This document shows positions 40,581 through 51,598 of a stretch of DNA of 64,000 bases, piece by piece; positions within the stretch are counted from its first letter, which is position 1, and each line of letters begins with the position of its first letter. The DNA lies in assembly GCA_963752315.1 (NCBI GenBank), contig CAVVXP010000003.1, forward strand, positions 148,374-212,373. Direction: 5' to 3'. Below the pieces are notes generated by a model. The model did no database searches. It saw only the letters and a list, made by a program, of their open reading frames with translations, and was not told the DNA's origin. The DNA is from an uncultured Alphaproteobacteria bacterium. GTDB taxonomy: Bacteria > Pseudomonadota > Alphaproteobacteria > Rhizobiales > Methyloligellaceae. Both the position numbers and the translations under genes were made by a program.

Positions 40581-41648
40581 ATGACACGGCTTCAGGAAAT
40601 CACGCCGATCAGCGCACGCAAGGCGGAAATTGCAATTCCGCCCGGCGTCCTGCCCGACCTCGCCTATACGCCAGAGGTCGCGCGTGAGACGGCGCATCTC
40701 TATGAGCGCGTATCGCGCGTCATCCCGCCGATCGAGTGGCCGGCTTTCGCCCCTTACATCAAGGCCATCAACGAGCTAAAGCGCGCGCGCAACGCCGTCG
40801 TGCTGGCGCATAACTACATGACGCCCGAGATCTTCCATTGCGTCGCCGACGTGGTCGGCAACTCGCTGCAGCTCGCCCGCGAGGCGTCGAAGGCCGACGC
40901 CGAGATCATCGTGCAGGGCGGCGTGCATTTCATGGCCGAGACCTCCAAGCTGCTCAATCCCGACAAGATGGTGCTGATCCCCGACTCCAGGGCCGGCTGT
41001 TCGCTGGCGGCCTCCATCACGGGCGCCGACGTGCGCGCCTTGCGCGAAGCCTATCCCGGCGTGCCCGTAGTCACCTATGTCAACACTTCGGCCGAGGTGA
41101 AGGCCGAGTGCGACATCTGTTGCACCTCATCCAACGCCGTGCGCGTCGTGGAGTCACTCGGCTCCAAGCGGGTGATCCTCATCCCCGACGAGTATCTCGC
41201 CAAATACGTGGCCTCGCAGACCTCCGTCGAGATCATCACCTGGAAGGGCCATTGCGAGGTGCATGAGCGCTTCTCGGGCGTCGAGCTGCGCGCCTATCGC
41301 GAAGCCGATCCCGGCGTGAAGATCATCGCCCATCCCGAATGCGACCAGGACGTGATCCAGGAGGCCGATTTCACCGGCTCGACCGCGGGCATGATCAAAT
41401 GGGTCAAGGACAACCAGCCGTCCAAGGTGCTGCTCGTGACCGAGTGCTCGATGAGCGACAACGTCGCGGTCGAGACGCCGAACGTCCAGTTCGTGCGGCC
41501 GTGCAATTTGTGTCCGCACATGAAGCGCATCACGCTGCCGAAGATCCTCGACTCGCTCGTGTTCCTAAAGGAGGAGGTCACGGTCGATCCGGCGATCGCC
41601 GAGCGGGCGCGCGCGGCCGTCGAGCGCATGATCAACCTCAACCATTGA
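40581..41648 (+). CDS. nadA: Quinolinate synthase
   Basis: LAHNY, AGCSLA, YVNTS, CEVH, HPEC, CPHMK. Confidence 0.96.
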   Translation: MTRLQEITPISARKAEIAIPPGVLPDLAYTPEVARETAHLYERVSRVIPPIEWPAFAPYIKAINELKRARNAVVLAHNYMTPEIFHCVADVVGNSLQLAREASKADAEIIVQGGVHFMAETSKLLNPDKMVLIPDSRAGCSLAASITGADVRALREAYPGVPVVTYVNTSAEVKAECDICCTSSNAVRVVESLGSKRVILIPDEYLAKYVASQTSVEIITWKGHCEVHERFSGVELRAYREADPGVKIIAHPECDQDVIQEADFTGSTAGMIKWVKDNQPSKVLLVTECSMSDNVAVETPNVQFVRPCNLCPHMKRITLPKILDSLVFLKEEVTVDPAIAERARAAVERMINLNH

Positions 41649-41680
41649 TGCCAACCGAACGGCAACGGGCGTAACCCTAG

Positions 41681-43324
41681 ATGACATCACACAGCCAGTT
41701 CCCACCGAGAGTGCAAAGCGGAGCAAGCGGCGTGGTCGTGGTGGGGGCGGGCCTCGCCGGCCTGTTCACCGCGCTCAAGCTCGCGCCGCTGCCGGTCACC
41801 GTCGTCTCCGGCGCGCGGCTCGGCGAAGGCGCCTCCAGCCTCTGGGCGCAAGCCGGCATCGCCGCGGCGCTGGCCGAGGGCGACAGCCCCGAGCATCATG
41901 CCGAGGATACGATCCGCGCCGGCGCCGGCATCGTCGAGGAGAAGGTCGCCGAGCTTCTGGCGCGCGAGGCCCGTGACCGGGTCGAGGATCTGCTCAGCTA
42001 CGGCGTGCCGTTCGACAAGGATCTCGAAGGTCATTTCATGCTGGGCCGCGAGGCCGCGCATGGCCGGAACCGCATCCTGCACGTCAAGGGCGACACCGCC
42101 GGGCGCGCCATCATGGCGGCATTGCTCGCCGCGGTGCGGGCCACCCCCTCCATCAGCGTGATCGAGGGCTTCACCGCCCGCGACTTGCTGCTTCGCGACG
42201 GCCGCGTGCAAGGCATCGAGCTTGCGCCAGTCGATGGCGGGCCGTCGGCACGCGGATTGTTGCTGCCAGCGAGCGCGGTGGTGCTTGCCACCGGCGGCAC
42301 CGGCCAGATCTACGCCATCACCACCAATCCGCGCGAAGCGCGCGGCGAGGGCATCGCCATTGCCGCGAGAGCCGGCGCGGTGATCGCCGACGCCGAGTTC
42401 GTGCAGTTTCATCCGACCGCCATCAATGTCGGCAAGGACCCGGCCCCGCTCGCCACCGAGGCGCTGCGCGGCGAAGGCGCGCTGCTGATCAATGGGCGCG
42501 GCGAGCGCTTCATGCGCGCGGTGCACGAAGATGCCGAGCTTGGCCCGCGCGACGTCGTCGCCCGCGCCGTGTTCCGCGAGGTCGCAAGCGGCCGCGGCGC
42601 GTTCCTCGATTGCCGTCATCTCGGACCCGAGCTCGCCGAGCATTTCCCGACTGTATTCGCCTCATGCCGCGCGGCGGGTATCGATCCCGTGCGCGAGCCG
42701 ATCCCGATCGCGCCGGCGGCGCATTACCACATGGGCGGCATTCTCACCGACGCCCAAGGCCGCAGCACTGTCGATGGTCTGTGGGCTTGCGGCGAGGTTG
42801 CCTCGACCGGAGCGCATGGCGCCAACCGGCTTGCCTCGAACTCGCTGCTCGAAGCCGTGGTGTTCGGCGCGCGAGTGGCGCGCGATGTCGCCACGTCGCT
42901 GCCGATGGCCAAGCCGGTCAAGCCCCGCACGATCCTTGCCAGGGCTGAGGACGGCAACCAGAGCGACGAGGCCGAGCGGACGCTGCGGCAGGCCATGGCC
43001 GCCGATGTCGGCGTGGTCCGCGACGCGGACTCGCTTACGAACGCGCTGATGACGATCTGCGCGTTGGAACGAGATGCGCATGGCGACCGGCGCCTCGCCA
43101 ACATGCTGTCGACCGCTAAGCTGATCGCCGCCGCCGCCTTGCAGCGCGAAGAGAGCCGCGGCGCGCAATTCCGCAGCGACTACCCGATGTCTGACGATCA
43201 ACTGGCCGAGCGTAGCTTCCTGACGCTGGCCGACGCCAACGCTATCGCCAGCGAGGCGGCGGAAAGCCGCGACGAGGCACCCGAGCTGCATGCCGCGCCG
43301 GTTCGCGCAGCACTCCATGCATGA
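41681..43324 (+). CDS. nadB: L-aspartate oxidase
   Basis: GAGLAG, AQAGIAA, QFHPT, TEALRGEG, HYHMGG, HGANRLASNSL. Confidence 0.95.
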   Translation: MTSHSQFPPRVQSGASGVVVVGAGLAGLFTALKLAPLPVTVVSGARLGEGASSLWAQAGIAAALAEGDSPEHHAEDTIRAGAGIVEEKVAELLAREARDRVEDLLSYGVPFDKDLEGHFMLGREAAHGRNRILHVKGDTAGRAIMAALLAAVRATPSISVIEGFTARDLLLRDGRVQGIELAPVDGGPSARGLLLPASAVVLATGGTGQIYAITTNPREARGEGIAIAARAGAVIADAEFVQFHPTAINVGKDPAPLATEALRGEGALLINGRGERFMRAVHEDAELGPRDVVARAVFREVASGRGAFLDCRHLGPELAEHFPTVFASCRAAGIDPVREPIPIAPAAHYHMGGILTDAQGRSTVDGLWACGEVASTGAHGANRLASNSLLEAVVFGARVARDVATSLPMAKPVKPRTILARAEDGNQSDEAERTLRQAMAADVGVVRDADSLTNALMTICALERDAHGDRRLANMLSTAKLIAAAALQREESRGAQFRSDYPMSDDQLAERSFLTLADANAIASEAAESRDEAPELHAAPVRAALHA

Positions 43325-44186
43325 GCGCGAAACCTCTTTTCCGCTAGAGCTCCCTCCCCTTCTCGTCGAGCGAGCCGTCGCGGCCGCGCTGGACGAGGAT
43401 TTGGGCCTCGCCGGCGACATCACCACCGATTCGATCATCCCGGCGGAGTCGGAAGGCGCGGCGGCCATCGTGCTGCGCAAGCCCGGGGTGGTGTCGGGGC
43501 TCGAACTCGCCGAGGCCGCCTTCAGGGCGCTCGATCCGCAGGCGCGTTTCGAGCGGATCGTCGATGACGGCGGCAAGGTCGCGGCCGGCGGCGTGATCGC
43601 CGAGATTTCCGGCAAGACCCGCGCGCTGCTGACGGGCGAGCGGACCGCGCTCAATTTTCTCGGTCGCTTAAGCGGCATCGCCACGCTGACCGCGTCCTAT
43701 GTCGCGGCGGTGGAAGGAACCAAGGCCCGCATCGCTTGCACGCGCAAGACGACGCCGGGCTTGCGTGCCTTGGAGAAATACGCGGTGCGATGCGGCGGCG
43801 GGGTCAATCACCGATTCGGGCTGTATGACGCGGTGCTGGTCAAGGACAATCACATCGCCGCCGCCGGCTCGCTCGCCAAAGCGCTCGAGCGGCTGCGCGC
43901 GCGGAGCGGCCATCTGGTCAAGATCGAAGTCGAGGTCGACACGCTCCAGCAGCTCGAGGAAGCGCTGCGCTTTCCCATCGACGTCGTGCTGCTCGACAAC
44001 ATGGATGTCGGGACGCTGAGGCAGGCGGTGAAGCTAGTGGCGGGACGCATCACGACCGAGGCGTCGGGCGGTGTCAGTCTAGAGACGGTTCGGGAGATTG
44101 CTTCGACCGGCGTCGACCTGATTTCGGTCGGCGCGCTTACTCATTCCCCGAGTAACCTAGACTCATCGCTGGAGTGGCGGCCGTAG
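43317..44186 (+). CDS. nadC: Quinolinate phosphoribosyltransferase
   Basis: EDLGLAGDITT, TRKTTPG, KDNH, EVEVD, LLDN, EASGG. Confidence 0.96.
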   Translation: MHERETSFPLELPPLLVERAVAAALDEDLGLAGDITTDSIIPAESEGAAAIVLRKPGVVSGLELAEAAFRALDPQARFERIVDDGGKVAAGGVIAEISGKTRALLTGERTALNFLGRLSGIATLTASYVAAVEGTKARIACTRKTTPGLRALEKYAVRCGGGVNHRFGLYDAVLVKDNHIAAAGSLAKALERLRARSGHLVKIEVEVDTLQQLEEALRFPIDVVLLDNMDVGTLRQAVKLVAGRITTEASGGVSLETVREIASTGVDLISVGALTHSPSNLDSSLEWRP

Positions 44187-45288
44187 TGCTGCCGGTCGCG
44201 GCGGATACCAGCGACAGCGCGGGAGTCAGCGAGAACAACGAGGTCGATGATCCTGACGGCTCAGCCGCGGGCTCCTTGGTATCGCTGGCGGAGGCTTCCA
44301 CCAGGTAAGGCGCCTCGTTGCGCTTCTTATAGAAGATGTGACGGCCGATCTTGTCGATCTTGCTCATGCTGCCCGCCCAATACGGGTTCACATAATTCGC
44401 GTGGTAATAGGTCGAGTACCCGACCTCAGGCAGCCACAGCTCGCCGCCGGTGATCTTCTTGGAGATGTCTTGAGCCTGCGCCCATTGCTCGTCGTTGCGC
44501 GGCGTATCGGTCTTGCCGTCGCAGGTGAAGGAGAACTGGCAGCCCTTCTGCATTTGGCCCTGATAGACGACGCCGCAGATCGTCTCGGGGAAGAGCGGGC
44601 TCCTCACCCGGTTCATGATGACCTGTCCGACGGCGACCTGACCGCTGGCCGGCTCGCCGCGCGCCTCGAAATAGATGGCGATGGCGAGACACCGGCGCTC
44701 GCGCTGCTCGAACTCGGCCTGGCTCTCGCCCTGGTAGCGGAAGTCCAAGCCTTCTGGTGTCGGATGGTAGGCGACCTCCGCGGCCGAGGGCCGGAAGCCA
44801 TCGACGTCGAGCGGCGACATGAAGGGCGAGTTGGATACGGCGTTCATCAGCATCCCGCCGTCAGGGCCGGTGACGGGGCCTCTCAGCGCGATTGAGGTCG
44901 TCGGCTTGAGACGGTCGCCCTTGAGCGCGGCATTCGCTTCGCTGCGTCCACCAAATGCGCCGGTCAGGCCCACATTGCCGCCAAGGAGGCTCGCGGCGAT
45001 CAGCTGCTTGCCGGCGGAGGTCACGGTGTTGGGTACGAGATATTGGTCGGCCCGGGGGCCTTTGCCGCTGGTGTGGAACAGGATGCCAGCCTCGCGCGGG
45101 AGCCGCACCGGCGCAATTTCGGCCGTGCGCGTCAGTTGCTGCGCCGAGCCGTGGCCTGACAGCAAAAGCTCGATCTGAAAACGGATGGGATTGCCGGGGA
45201 CAGCGGCGACATAGCCCAACGCAATTAGGGGAAGCGGCACGAGCGCAGCGGCTGTGTGCCACATCCGACGAGGCAAGCGTCGGCCCAT
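44137..45288 (-). CDS. Cell wall hydrolase (SleB/Hydrolase_2)
   Basis: CLAIAIYFEARGE, NRVRSPLFP, CQFSFTCDG, YHANYV, IGRHIFY. Confidence 0.9.
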   Translation of the reverse strand: MGRRLPRRMWHTAAALVPLPLIALGYVAAVPGNPIRFQIELLLSGHGSAQQLTRTAEIAPVRLPREAGILFHTSGKGPRADQYLVPNTVTSAGKQLIAASLLGGNVGLTGAFGGRSEANAALKGDRLKPTTSIALRGPVTGPDGGMLMNAVSNSPFMSPLDVDGFRPSAAEVAYHPTPEGLDFRYQGESQAEFEQRERRCLAIAIYFEARGEPASGQVAVGQVIMNRVRSPLFPETICGVVYQGQMQKGCQFSFTCDGKTDTPRNDEQWAQAQDISKKITGGELWLPEVGYSTYYHANYVNPYWAGSMSKIDKIGRHIFYKKRNEAPYLVEASASDTKEPAAEPSGSSTSLFSLTPALSLVSAATGSTTAATPAMSLGYSGNE

Positions 45289-45555
45289 TGTCCCTCCAGG
45301 TTACCCCGTAACCCGCGGGAAAATCCGCCCGTCTACACCGGCCGGCATTCCCCCGCATGTGCTCCAAACGCGTCCATCAGGCGGCGCGCGATCAGAGCGT
45401 TCCCCAAACCTCACCAGGCAAAAATGGTGGGAAATCAGTTATTTAGTTGCAGTCCCCCACCGGTCCTAGCCCGGAATCCCCGTCTCGTTATCCTTAACCC
45501 TGACGAATAAATTAGGGCAAATTGTGGTGGACGGCAACCGGACCGTATTTCTTGG

Positions 45556-48267
45556 CTAACAATCGGTAACCAGGCTGAGCGCCGCCTGCGCCGCGGCAAG
45601 CCGGGCGACCGGCACGCGATAGGGCGAGCAGGACACGTAGTTCAGCTTGATTTTCTCGCAAAACCCGATGGTTTCCGGGTCGCCGCCGTGCTCGCCGCAA
45701 ACCCCCATCTTGAGATCGGGCTTGGCCGCTCGGCCCCGATCCACCGCGATCTGCATCAATTCGCCCACAGCTTCGTCGAGGGTGACGAAGGGATCGTGCT
45801 GGATAATGCCCTTGTCCACATACTCGCCCAAGAATCGCCCGGCGTCGTCGCGGCTGAGCCCGAACGCGGTCTGGGTGAGGTCGTTGGTGCCGAAGGAGAA
45901 GAACTCGGCGCTCTTGCCAATCTCCCCGGCCATCAGACAGGCGCGCGGAAGCTCGACCATGGTGCCGACCGAATAGGCCACGTTGGTCCCCCGCTCCTTT
46001 TCCACCGCGCGCGCCACCTGGGCGATGCGGTCCTTGACCAGGTCGAGTTCGCCCTTGGTGGCGACGAGCGGAACCATGATCTCGGGGATGACACGGTCAT
46101 GCAGGGCTTTGCCGGCCTCGATCGCCGCCTCGAAGATGGCGCGCCCCTGCATCTCGACGATCTCGGGATAGCTCACGAGCAGCCGCGCGCCGCGCTGGCC
46201 GAGCATCGGATTGAACTCGCTCAGCGCGACGATGCGGCGGCGCAATCGCGCGATACTCACCCCCATGTCGGCGGCCACCTCGCCAATGATCTCATCGCCG
46301 TGCGGCAGGAACTCGTGCAGCGGCGGATCGAGCAGGCGGATGGTCACGGGCCGCCCCGCCATGATCTCGAACAACTCGATGAAGTCGTTGCGCTGCGCCG
46401 GCAATAGCTTGGCCAGCGCTTTGCGGCGGCCCTCCTGATCCTCGGCGAGGATCATCTCGCGCATAGCAAGGATCCGGCTCTCCTCGAAGAACATATGCTC
46501 GGTGCGGCACAGACCGATGCCCTCGGCGCCGAAAGCGAGCGCCTGCCGCGCGTCGGCGGGCGTGTCGGCATTGGCGCGCACTTTCAGCCGGCGGAAACCG
46601 TCGGCCCATTGCATCAAGCGATTGAAATCGTCCGACAGATGCGGCTCGCGCATCGCCACGCGGCCCTTGATGATCTGCCCGGTCGAGCCGTCGATGGTGA
46701 TGATGTCGCCTTTCTGCAGCAGCATGCCGCCGGCTTGCAGCGTCTCGCGCTCGAGATCGATCGAGACGGCTGAAGCGCCAACCACGCAAGGCCGGCCCAT
46801 GCCGCGCGCCACCACCGCCGCATGGCTCGTCATGCCGCCGCGCGTGGTGAGGATGCCGAGCGCGGCATGCATGCCCTGTACATCCTCTGGCGAAGTCTCG
46901 ACACGGGCGAGGATCACGTTATGGCCCTGCGCCTTGAGATGCACCGCCTCGTCGGCGTCGAACACCAGCTCGCCGGAAGCAGCGCCGGGCGAAGCGGGCA
47001 AGCCCTTGGCGAGCACGGTTTTCTCGGCGTTGGGATCGAGCGTTGGATGCAGCAACTGGTCGAGCTGGCCGGCATTGATGCTCGTCACCGCCTGCTCGCG
47101 GGTGATCAGCCCTTCCTCGGCCATGTCGACGGCGATCTTGAGCGCGGCCTGCGTCGAGCGCTTGCCCGAGCGGGACTGCAGCATGAACAGCTCGCCGTCC
47201 TGCACGGTGAACTCGATGTCCTGGATGTCGTGGAAATGCGCTTCGAGCTTGGCGCAAGCCGCCTTCAGCTCGGCGAAGGCGTCGGGCATCAGCCCTTCGA
47301 GCGAGGGACTTTTGGCGTTCGAAGCGCGGCGCGCTGCCTCGGTCAAGGGCTCAGGGGTGCGTAAACCCGCGACCACATCCTCACCTTGGGCATTGACCAG
47401 GAACTCGCCAAACAGCTCGTTGGCGCCGGTCGAGGGGTTGCGCGTGAACACGACGCCGGTCGCGCTCTTGTCGCCCATATTGCCGAACACCATGGCCTGG
47501 ATGGTGACGGCGGTGCCCCAATCGTCGGGAATGTCGTGCAGGCGGCGATAGGCGATGGCGCGCGCGTTCTGCCAGGAGCCGAACACGGCGGCGATGGCGC
47601 CCCATAGCTGGGCGTGAATGTCCTGCGGGAAGGGCGTGCCGAGCTCGTTCTCGACCAGGGTCTTGTAGCGGGCGACGATGCCGACCCAATCCTCGGCGCC
47701 GAGCTCAGTATCGTATTCGAAGCCCTTGAGACCTTTGTAGTTCTCCAGGATTTCCTCGAACAGCTCGTGGTCGAGGCCGAGCACCACGTCGGCATACATC
47801 TGGATGAAGCGGCGATAGGTGTCGTAGGCAAAACGCCGGTCGCCCGAGCGCGTCGCCAAGCCTTCGACGGTCTGATCGTTAAGGCCGAGATTGAGCACGG
47901 TATCCATCATGCCGGGCATCGAAGCGCGGCTGCCGGATCTCACCGACACGAGTAGCGGGTTCTGCACCTCGCCGAAGCCGGCGCCGACAATCCGCCCCAC
48001 CTGGTCGAGCGCCGCGCTCACCATCGGCTTCAACTCATCCGGCAGCTTGCGGCCAAGCTCGTAATAGACCGAGCAAAGCTCCGCCGAGATGGTGAAGCCG
48101 GGCGGCACCGGAAGGCCGAGCCGCGACATCTCGGCGAGATAAGCGCCCTTGCCGCCCAGCCGATCGCGTTCGGCGGCCGAGCCGTCGGCATGGCCGGCGC
48201 CAAAGGTAAACACCCATTTCGGCGTGGGTCTTGGCGCAGGCTGGGGCACGGGCTCAGCTCTCGACAT
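45556..48267 (-). CDS. ppdK: Pyruvate, phosphate dikinase
   Basis: LGGKGA, SMPGMMDT, GGMTSHAAVVAR, GLCRTEHM, FGTNDLTQ, CGEHGG. Confidence 0.97.
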   Translation of the reverse strand: MSRAEPVPQPAPRPTPKWVFTFGAGHADGSAAERDRLGGKGAYLAEMSRLGLPVPPGFTISAELCSVYYELGRKLPDELKPMVSAALDQVGRIVGAGFGEVQNPLLVSVRSGSRASMPGMMDTVLNLGLNDQTVEGLATRSGDRRFAYDTYRRFIQMYADVVLGLDHELFEEILENYKGLKGFEYDTELGAEDWVGIVARYKTLVENELGTPFPQDIHAQLWGAIAAVFGSWQNARAIAYRRLHDIPDDWGTAVTIQAMVFGNMGDKSATGVVFTRNPSTGANELFGEFLVNAQGEDVVAGLRTPEPLTEAARRASNAKSPSLEGLMPDAFAELKAACAKLEAHFHDIQDIEFTVQDGELFMLQSRSGKRSTQAALKIAVDMAEEGLITREQAVTSINAGQLDQLLHPTLDPNAEKTVLAKGLPASPGAASGELVFDADEAVHLKAQGHNVILARVETSPEDVQGMHAALGILTTRGGMTSHAAVVARGMGRPCVVGASAVSIDLERETLQAGGMLLQKGDIITIDGSTGQIIKGRVAMREPHLSDDFNRLMQWADGFRRLKVRANADTPADARQALAFGAEGIGLCRTEHMFFEESRILAMREMILAEDQEGRRKALAKLLPAQRNDFIELFEIMAGRPVTIRLLDPPLHEFLPHGDEIIGEVAADMGVSIARLRRRIVALSEFNPMLGQRGARLLVSYPEIVEMQGRAIFEAAIEAGKALHDRVIPEIMVPLVATKGELDLVKDRIAQVARAVEKERGTNVAYSVGTMVELPRACLMAGEIGKSAEFFSFGTNDLTQTAFGLSRDDAGRFLGEYVDKGIIQHDPFVTLDEAVGELMQIAVDRGRAAKPDLKMGVCGEHGGDPETIGFCEKIKLNYVSCSPYRVPVARLAAAQAALSLVTDC

Positions 48268-48361
48268 TGCTCTTCCATGATCTCGGCGGCTCAGGCGACG
48301 CCGGGTCCGACCTTTTAGCCGTCTCACGACACAGACACAAACCGCTGTTCGCCAGAAAGGT

Positions 48362-48805
48362 TTAAGAGCGGCGGACTTTTGGCGCGCGCAATTTGCGATC
48401 GGCGATGAAATCGCCGGTGCCGATCAGCCTGGTGCGAGGCGCTTGCTTCAAGGCATAGGCCCAGGCCTCGACGCTGCCGCCTTGGTCGAGATGCACCTCA
48501 ATGGCGATGCGGTGGAATAGACCTGCGGATTCCGGAAAGTCCCGCTCCTCGTCGGTCGGCACCACGCCTTCATACTTGTCGAGGTCGACCAGGAGGCGTG
48601 GATTCGGTCCCAGCGCGAACACGCTGCCGATCACGCGATATTTTTCCTCAAGGGCGAAAAACGCCCCGGGCCAGCTGCCGAAATCGTAGAGCAGTCCGGG
48701 CGCGCGGCCCTTGCCAATATGTCGAGCCCCCACGCGCAAGCGGTGCGCCATCGGGTGCGCGCTCTCCGCTCGCAGCGTGCCATAAACGAAGAGATGTTCA
48801 GCCAT
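48362..48805 (-). CDS. Gamma-glutamylcyclotransferase family protein
   Basis: LFVYGTLR, LDKYEG, AWAY. Confidence 0.85.
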   Translation of the reverse strand: MAEHLFVYGTLRAESAHPMAHRLRVGARHIGKGRAPGLLYDFGSWPGAFFALEEKYRVIGSVFALGPNPRLLVDLDKYEGVVPTDEERDFPESAGLFHRIAIEVHLDQGGSVEAWAYALKQAPRTRLIGTGDFIADRKLRAPKVRRS

Positions 48806-48892
48806 CTAATCCCTGTTTATTCCGGCATTGCCCTTACCGCATCGGCTTGACGCCTGCGCGCGACATTTTGTGCCACATAAGCCCGGAGCAAC

Positions 48893-51112
48893 TTACCCTT
48901 CGATCTTGGAGAAGTCGGCGACGGTCAGCGTGGTGGCGCGGATGCGGTTCAACAGGCGCAGGCGGTTCTCGCGCAAGCCCGGTTCCTGGGTGTTGACGGT
49001 GACGGAATCGAAGAAGGCATCGACGGGTGCGCGAAGCTTGGTCATCTCGGCCATGGCAGCCGCGAAATCCTCGCGCGCGATCGCTTCGGCAGCCGCCTTC
49101 TCGACCTCGTCGACGGCCTTGGCGAGAGCCTTTTCCTCGATTCGTTTGAGCAGGTTGGCGTCGGGCGCTTGGTCGTAGCTTACGCCGTCCTTCTTCTCCT
49201 CGATGCGCAGGATGTTGATGGCGCGCTTGGTGCCGGTCAGCAGATTGGCGCCGTCCTCGGTGTCGAGAAAGCGCCCAAGCGCTTCGACGCGCTTGACGAT
49301 CAGCAACAGATCGTCGCCGCCGAGCGCGAACACCGCATCGACCAGATCGTGCCGTGCGCCTTGATCCTTGAGATGAACCTTGAGCCGGTCGGCGAAGAAA
49401 TTGAGCAGGCTATTAGCCCGCTTTCTTTCCCAATCCTGCGCTGGAACCGAGAAGTTTCTGTTGCTCATCATCAATTCCGCGGCATCGGCAGAGAGCTTGT
49501 TGACTTGCGCAAGCATCCCTTCTGCGCTCGCATCGCCCGTCAGGTTTAGGAACGATAGCAAGTTGTCCAACCTGACACGTGATTCCTTGAGGAACTGCGC
49601 CATAAAGCGACGGCCCAAGACGACAAAAGCCGGCCATAAATTCAGTCGTACTTCATTCTCGAGAATAATGCGGATCACGCCAAGCGCGGCGCGGCGCAGC
49701 GCATAAGGATCCTTCGATCCGGTGGGCTTCTCGTCGATCGCCCAGAAGCCGACCAGCATATCGAGCTTGTCGGCGAGCGCGACGGCGATGGCAATCGGAT
49801 CGCGCGGCACATCATCCGACGGACCGACCGGCTTGTAATGCGCACCGATGGCCTCGGCGACAGTGGGGTCCTCTTCTTGACCCAGCGCGTAATAGCGGCC
49901 CATCACCCCTTGCAACTCGGGGAACTCACCGACCATGCCGCTCACCAGATCGGCTTTGGCCAACATGGCCGCCCGCTCGGCGTCGTCGGCTCTCGCTCCG
50001 ACCAGCGGCGCGAGTTCCCGCGCGAGCATGCGCATGCGCTGGATGCGGTCGTATTGCGTGCCCAGCTTCTCGTGAAAGATAATCTCCCTGAGCTTCGGCA
50101 CCCAGATTTCGAGGCTCACATTGCGGTCCTGATCGAAGAAGAATTTGGCGTCGGCGAGCCGCGCCCGGATCACCCGCTCGGTACCGGCGACGATGGCCTT
50201 GCCGCCGTCAGCCGCTTTCAGATTCGCCACTAGTATGAATCGGTTGGCGAGATCGCCTCCTTTTTTTCGCAGCGAAAAGCATTTCTGATGCGCCTTCATC
50301 GAGGTCGCCAGCACCTCGGGCGGCACGGAAAGGAAATCCTCATCGAACGAGCCCATCAGCACGACCGGCCATTCGGTCAGCCCGGCATTCTCGGCGAGCA
50401 GGCCTTCGTCCTCGACCAGCGTGAGCTTCTCGTGCTTGGCCTCAGCCCGCGCGGCATCGCCAATGATGCGCGCGCGCTCCTCGCCGTCGAGAATGACTTT
50501 GGCTTTGTGCAGCTTCTCGCGATAATCGTCGAATCCCTTCACATTAAAGGGCTCCGGCGCCATGAAGCGGTGGCCGCGCGTCTCCTTGCCGCTCTTGATC
50601 CCGTCGATGTCGAAGGGCACGACCTTGCCGTCGAGCAGGCAGAGGATGGAGTGCAGCGGGCGCACCCAGCGCAGCGTCCCCTCACCCCAGCGCATGGACT
50701 TGGGCCAAGGAAAATTGCGCACGATCTGCGGCACGATCTCGGCCACCACCTGCTCGGTAGCGCGGCCGGGCTTCTCGATGGTCGCCACGTAGTAAGCGCC
50801 CTTCTTGTCGTCGCGCTTCTCGGCCTGATCGATGGAGGCGAGCCCCGCCGCTTTGAGGAAGCCTTTGACCGCGGCCTCCGGCGCATCGACGCGCGGACCT
50901 TTGCGTTCCTCGCGCACATCGGGCGAGCGGGACGGCAGCCCGTCGACCACCGCGACCAGGCGGCGCGGCGTGGCGAAGGTTCTGATCTGTTTGAACTCGA
51001 GCCCTGCCTCGCCGAGCGCGCCGCCCAGCAGCCGCGCCAGATCCTCGCGCGCGCGCGCCTGCATGCGCGCCGGGATCTCTTCGGAGAACAGTTCAAGCAG
51101 AAGCTCAGCCAT
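48893..51112 (-). CDS. glyS: Glycyl-tRNA synthetase beta subunit
   Basis: [44 protein letters not shown]. Confidence 0.97.
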   Translation of the reverse strand: MAELLLELFSEEIPARMQARAREDLARLLGGALGEAGLEFKQIRTFATPRRLVAVVDGLPSRSPDVREERKGPRVDAPEAAVKGFLKAAGLASIDQAEKRDDKKGAYYVATIEKPGRATEQVVAEIVPQIVRNFPWPKSMRWGEGTLRWVRPLHSILCLLDGKVVPFDIDGIKSGKETRGHRFMAPEPFNVKGFDDYREKLHKAKVILDGEERARIIGDAARAEAKHEKLTLVEDEGLLAENAGLTEWPVVLMGSFDEDFLSVPPEVLATSMKAHQKCFSLRKKGGDLANRFILVANLKAADGGKAIVAGTERVIRARLADAKFFFDQDRNVSLEIWVPKLREIIFHEKLGTQYDRIQRMRMLARELAPLVGARADDAERAAMLAKADLVSGMVGEFPELQGVMGRYYALGQEEDPTVAEAIGAHYKPVGPSDDVPRDPIAIAVALADKLDMLVGFWAIDEKPTGSKDPYALRRAALGVIRIILENEVRLNLWPAFVVLGRRFMAQFLKESRVRLDNLLSFLNLTGDASAEGMLAQVNKLSADAAELMMSNRNFSVPAQDWERKRANSLLNFFADRLKVHLKDQGARHDLVDAVFALGGDDLLLIVKRVEALGRFLDTEDGANLLTGTKRAINILRIEEKKDGVSYDQAPDANLLKRIEEKALAKAVDEVEKAAAEAIAREDFAAAMAEMTKLRAPVDAFFDSVTVNTQEPGLRENRLRLLNRIRATTLTVADFSKIEG

Positions 51113-51115
51113 TCG

Positions 51116-51598
51116 TCAGCCGATGCGGTTGTGGAAGCCGAGATCATAGTCGGCGATGGCGAAGATCAATCAATTCGTTTCAACGACATAGGGAATGACA
51201 CTTAAGATCAGATCTGACTGGGCGCCGGCCGCCGGCAACAGCGGAACGAGCACATGCGCGGGGACCAATTCCAGGAAATCGTAAAAGCGCATGAAGGCGT
51301 TCTTGCCCTGCTCGACATAGAAGGCGCCGACCGCCCAGGACACCGGCAGATGGTTCTCATGGGTGTAATCCAGATAGATCGGAAAGCTCATGAGGTCGGC
51401 GGCGTAGGGCGACAGCGCCGCACGCAACGACGCGTCCTCGATCTCGGAGAGCGAAAGGCTGGCGTCGAGCTTCAGCATCAATTGGAAGCTGGTCGGCGCT
51501 GAGCGCCACACCCGACCGGTCCAGGATCGGAGTTTCGGCTTCAGCGCCGGCGTGCGCGATTGCGGCGGCGCGTCGGCATCGCGATAGGTCTCAAGCAT
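51116..51598 (-). CDS. Hypothetical protein between glyQ and glyS, with an in-frame TGA at 51170-51172
   Basis: ATG overlaps the glyQ stop; after TGA the same frame continues [17 protein letters not shown] and ends 3 nt before the glyS ATG. Confidence 0.6.

Noticed and set aside
44137-44186. 50-bp convergent overlap of nadC and the cell wall hydrolase as antisense control
   Set aside because: Short convergent overlaps recur throughout this compact GC-rich window with nothing specific here.
49410-49640. Intein or intron in glyS
   Set aside because: Too short, lacks Cys/Ser start and His-Asn end, and the frame is uninterrupted.
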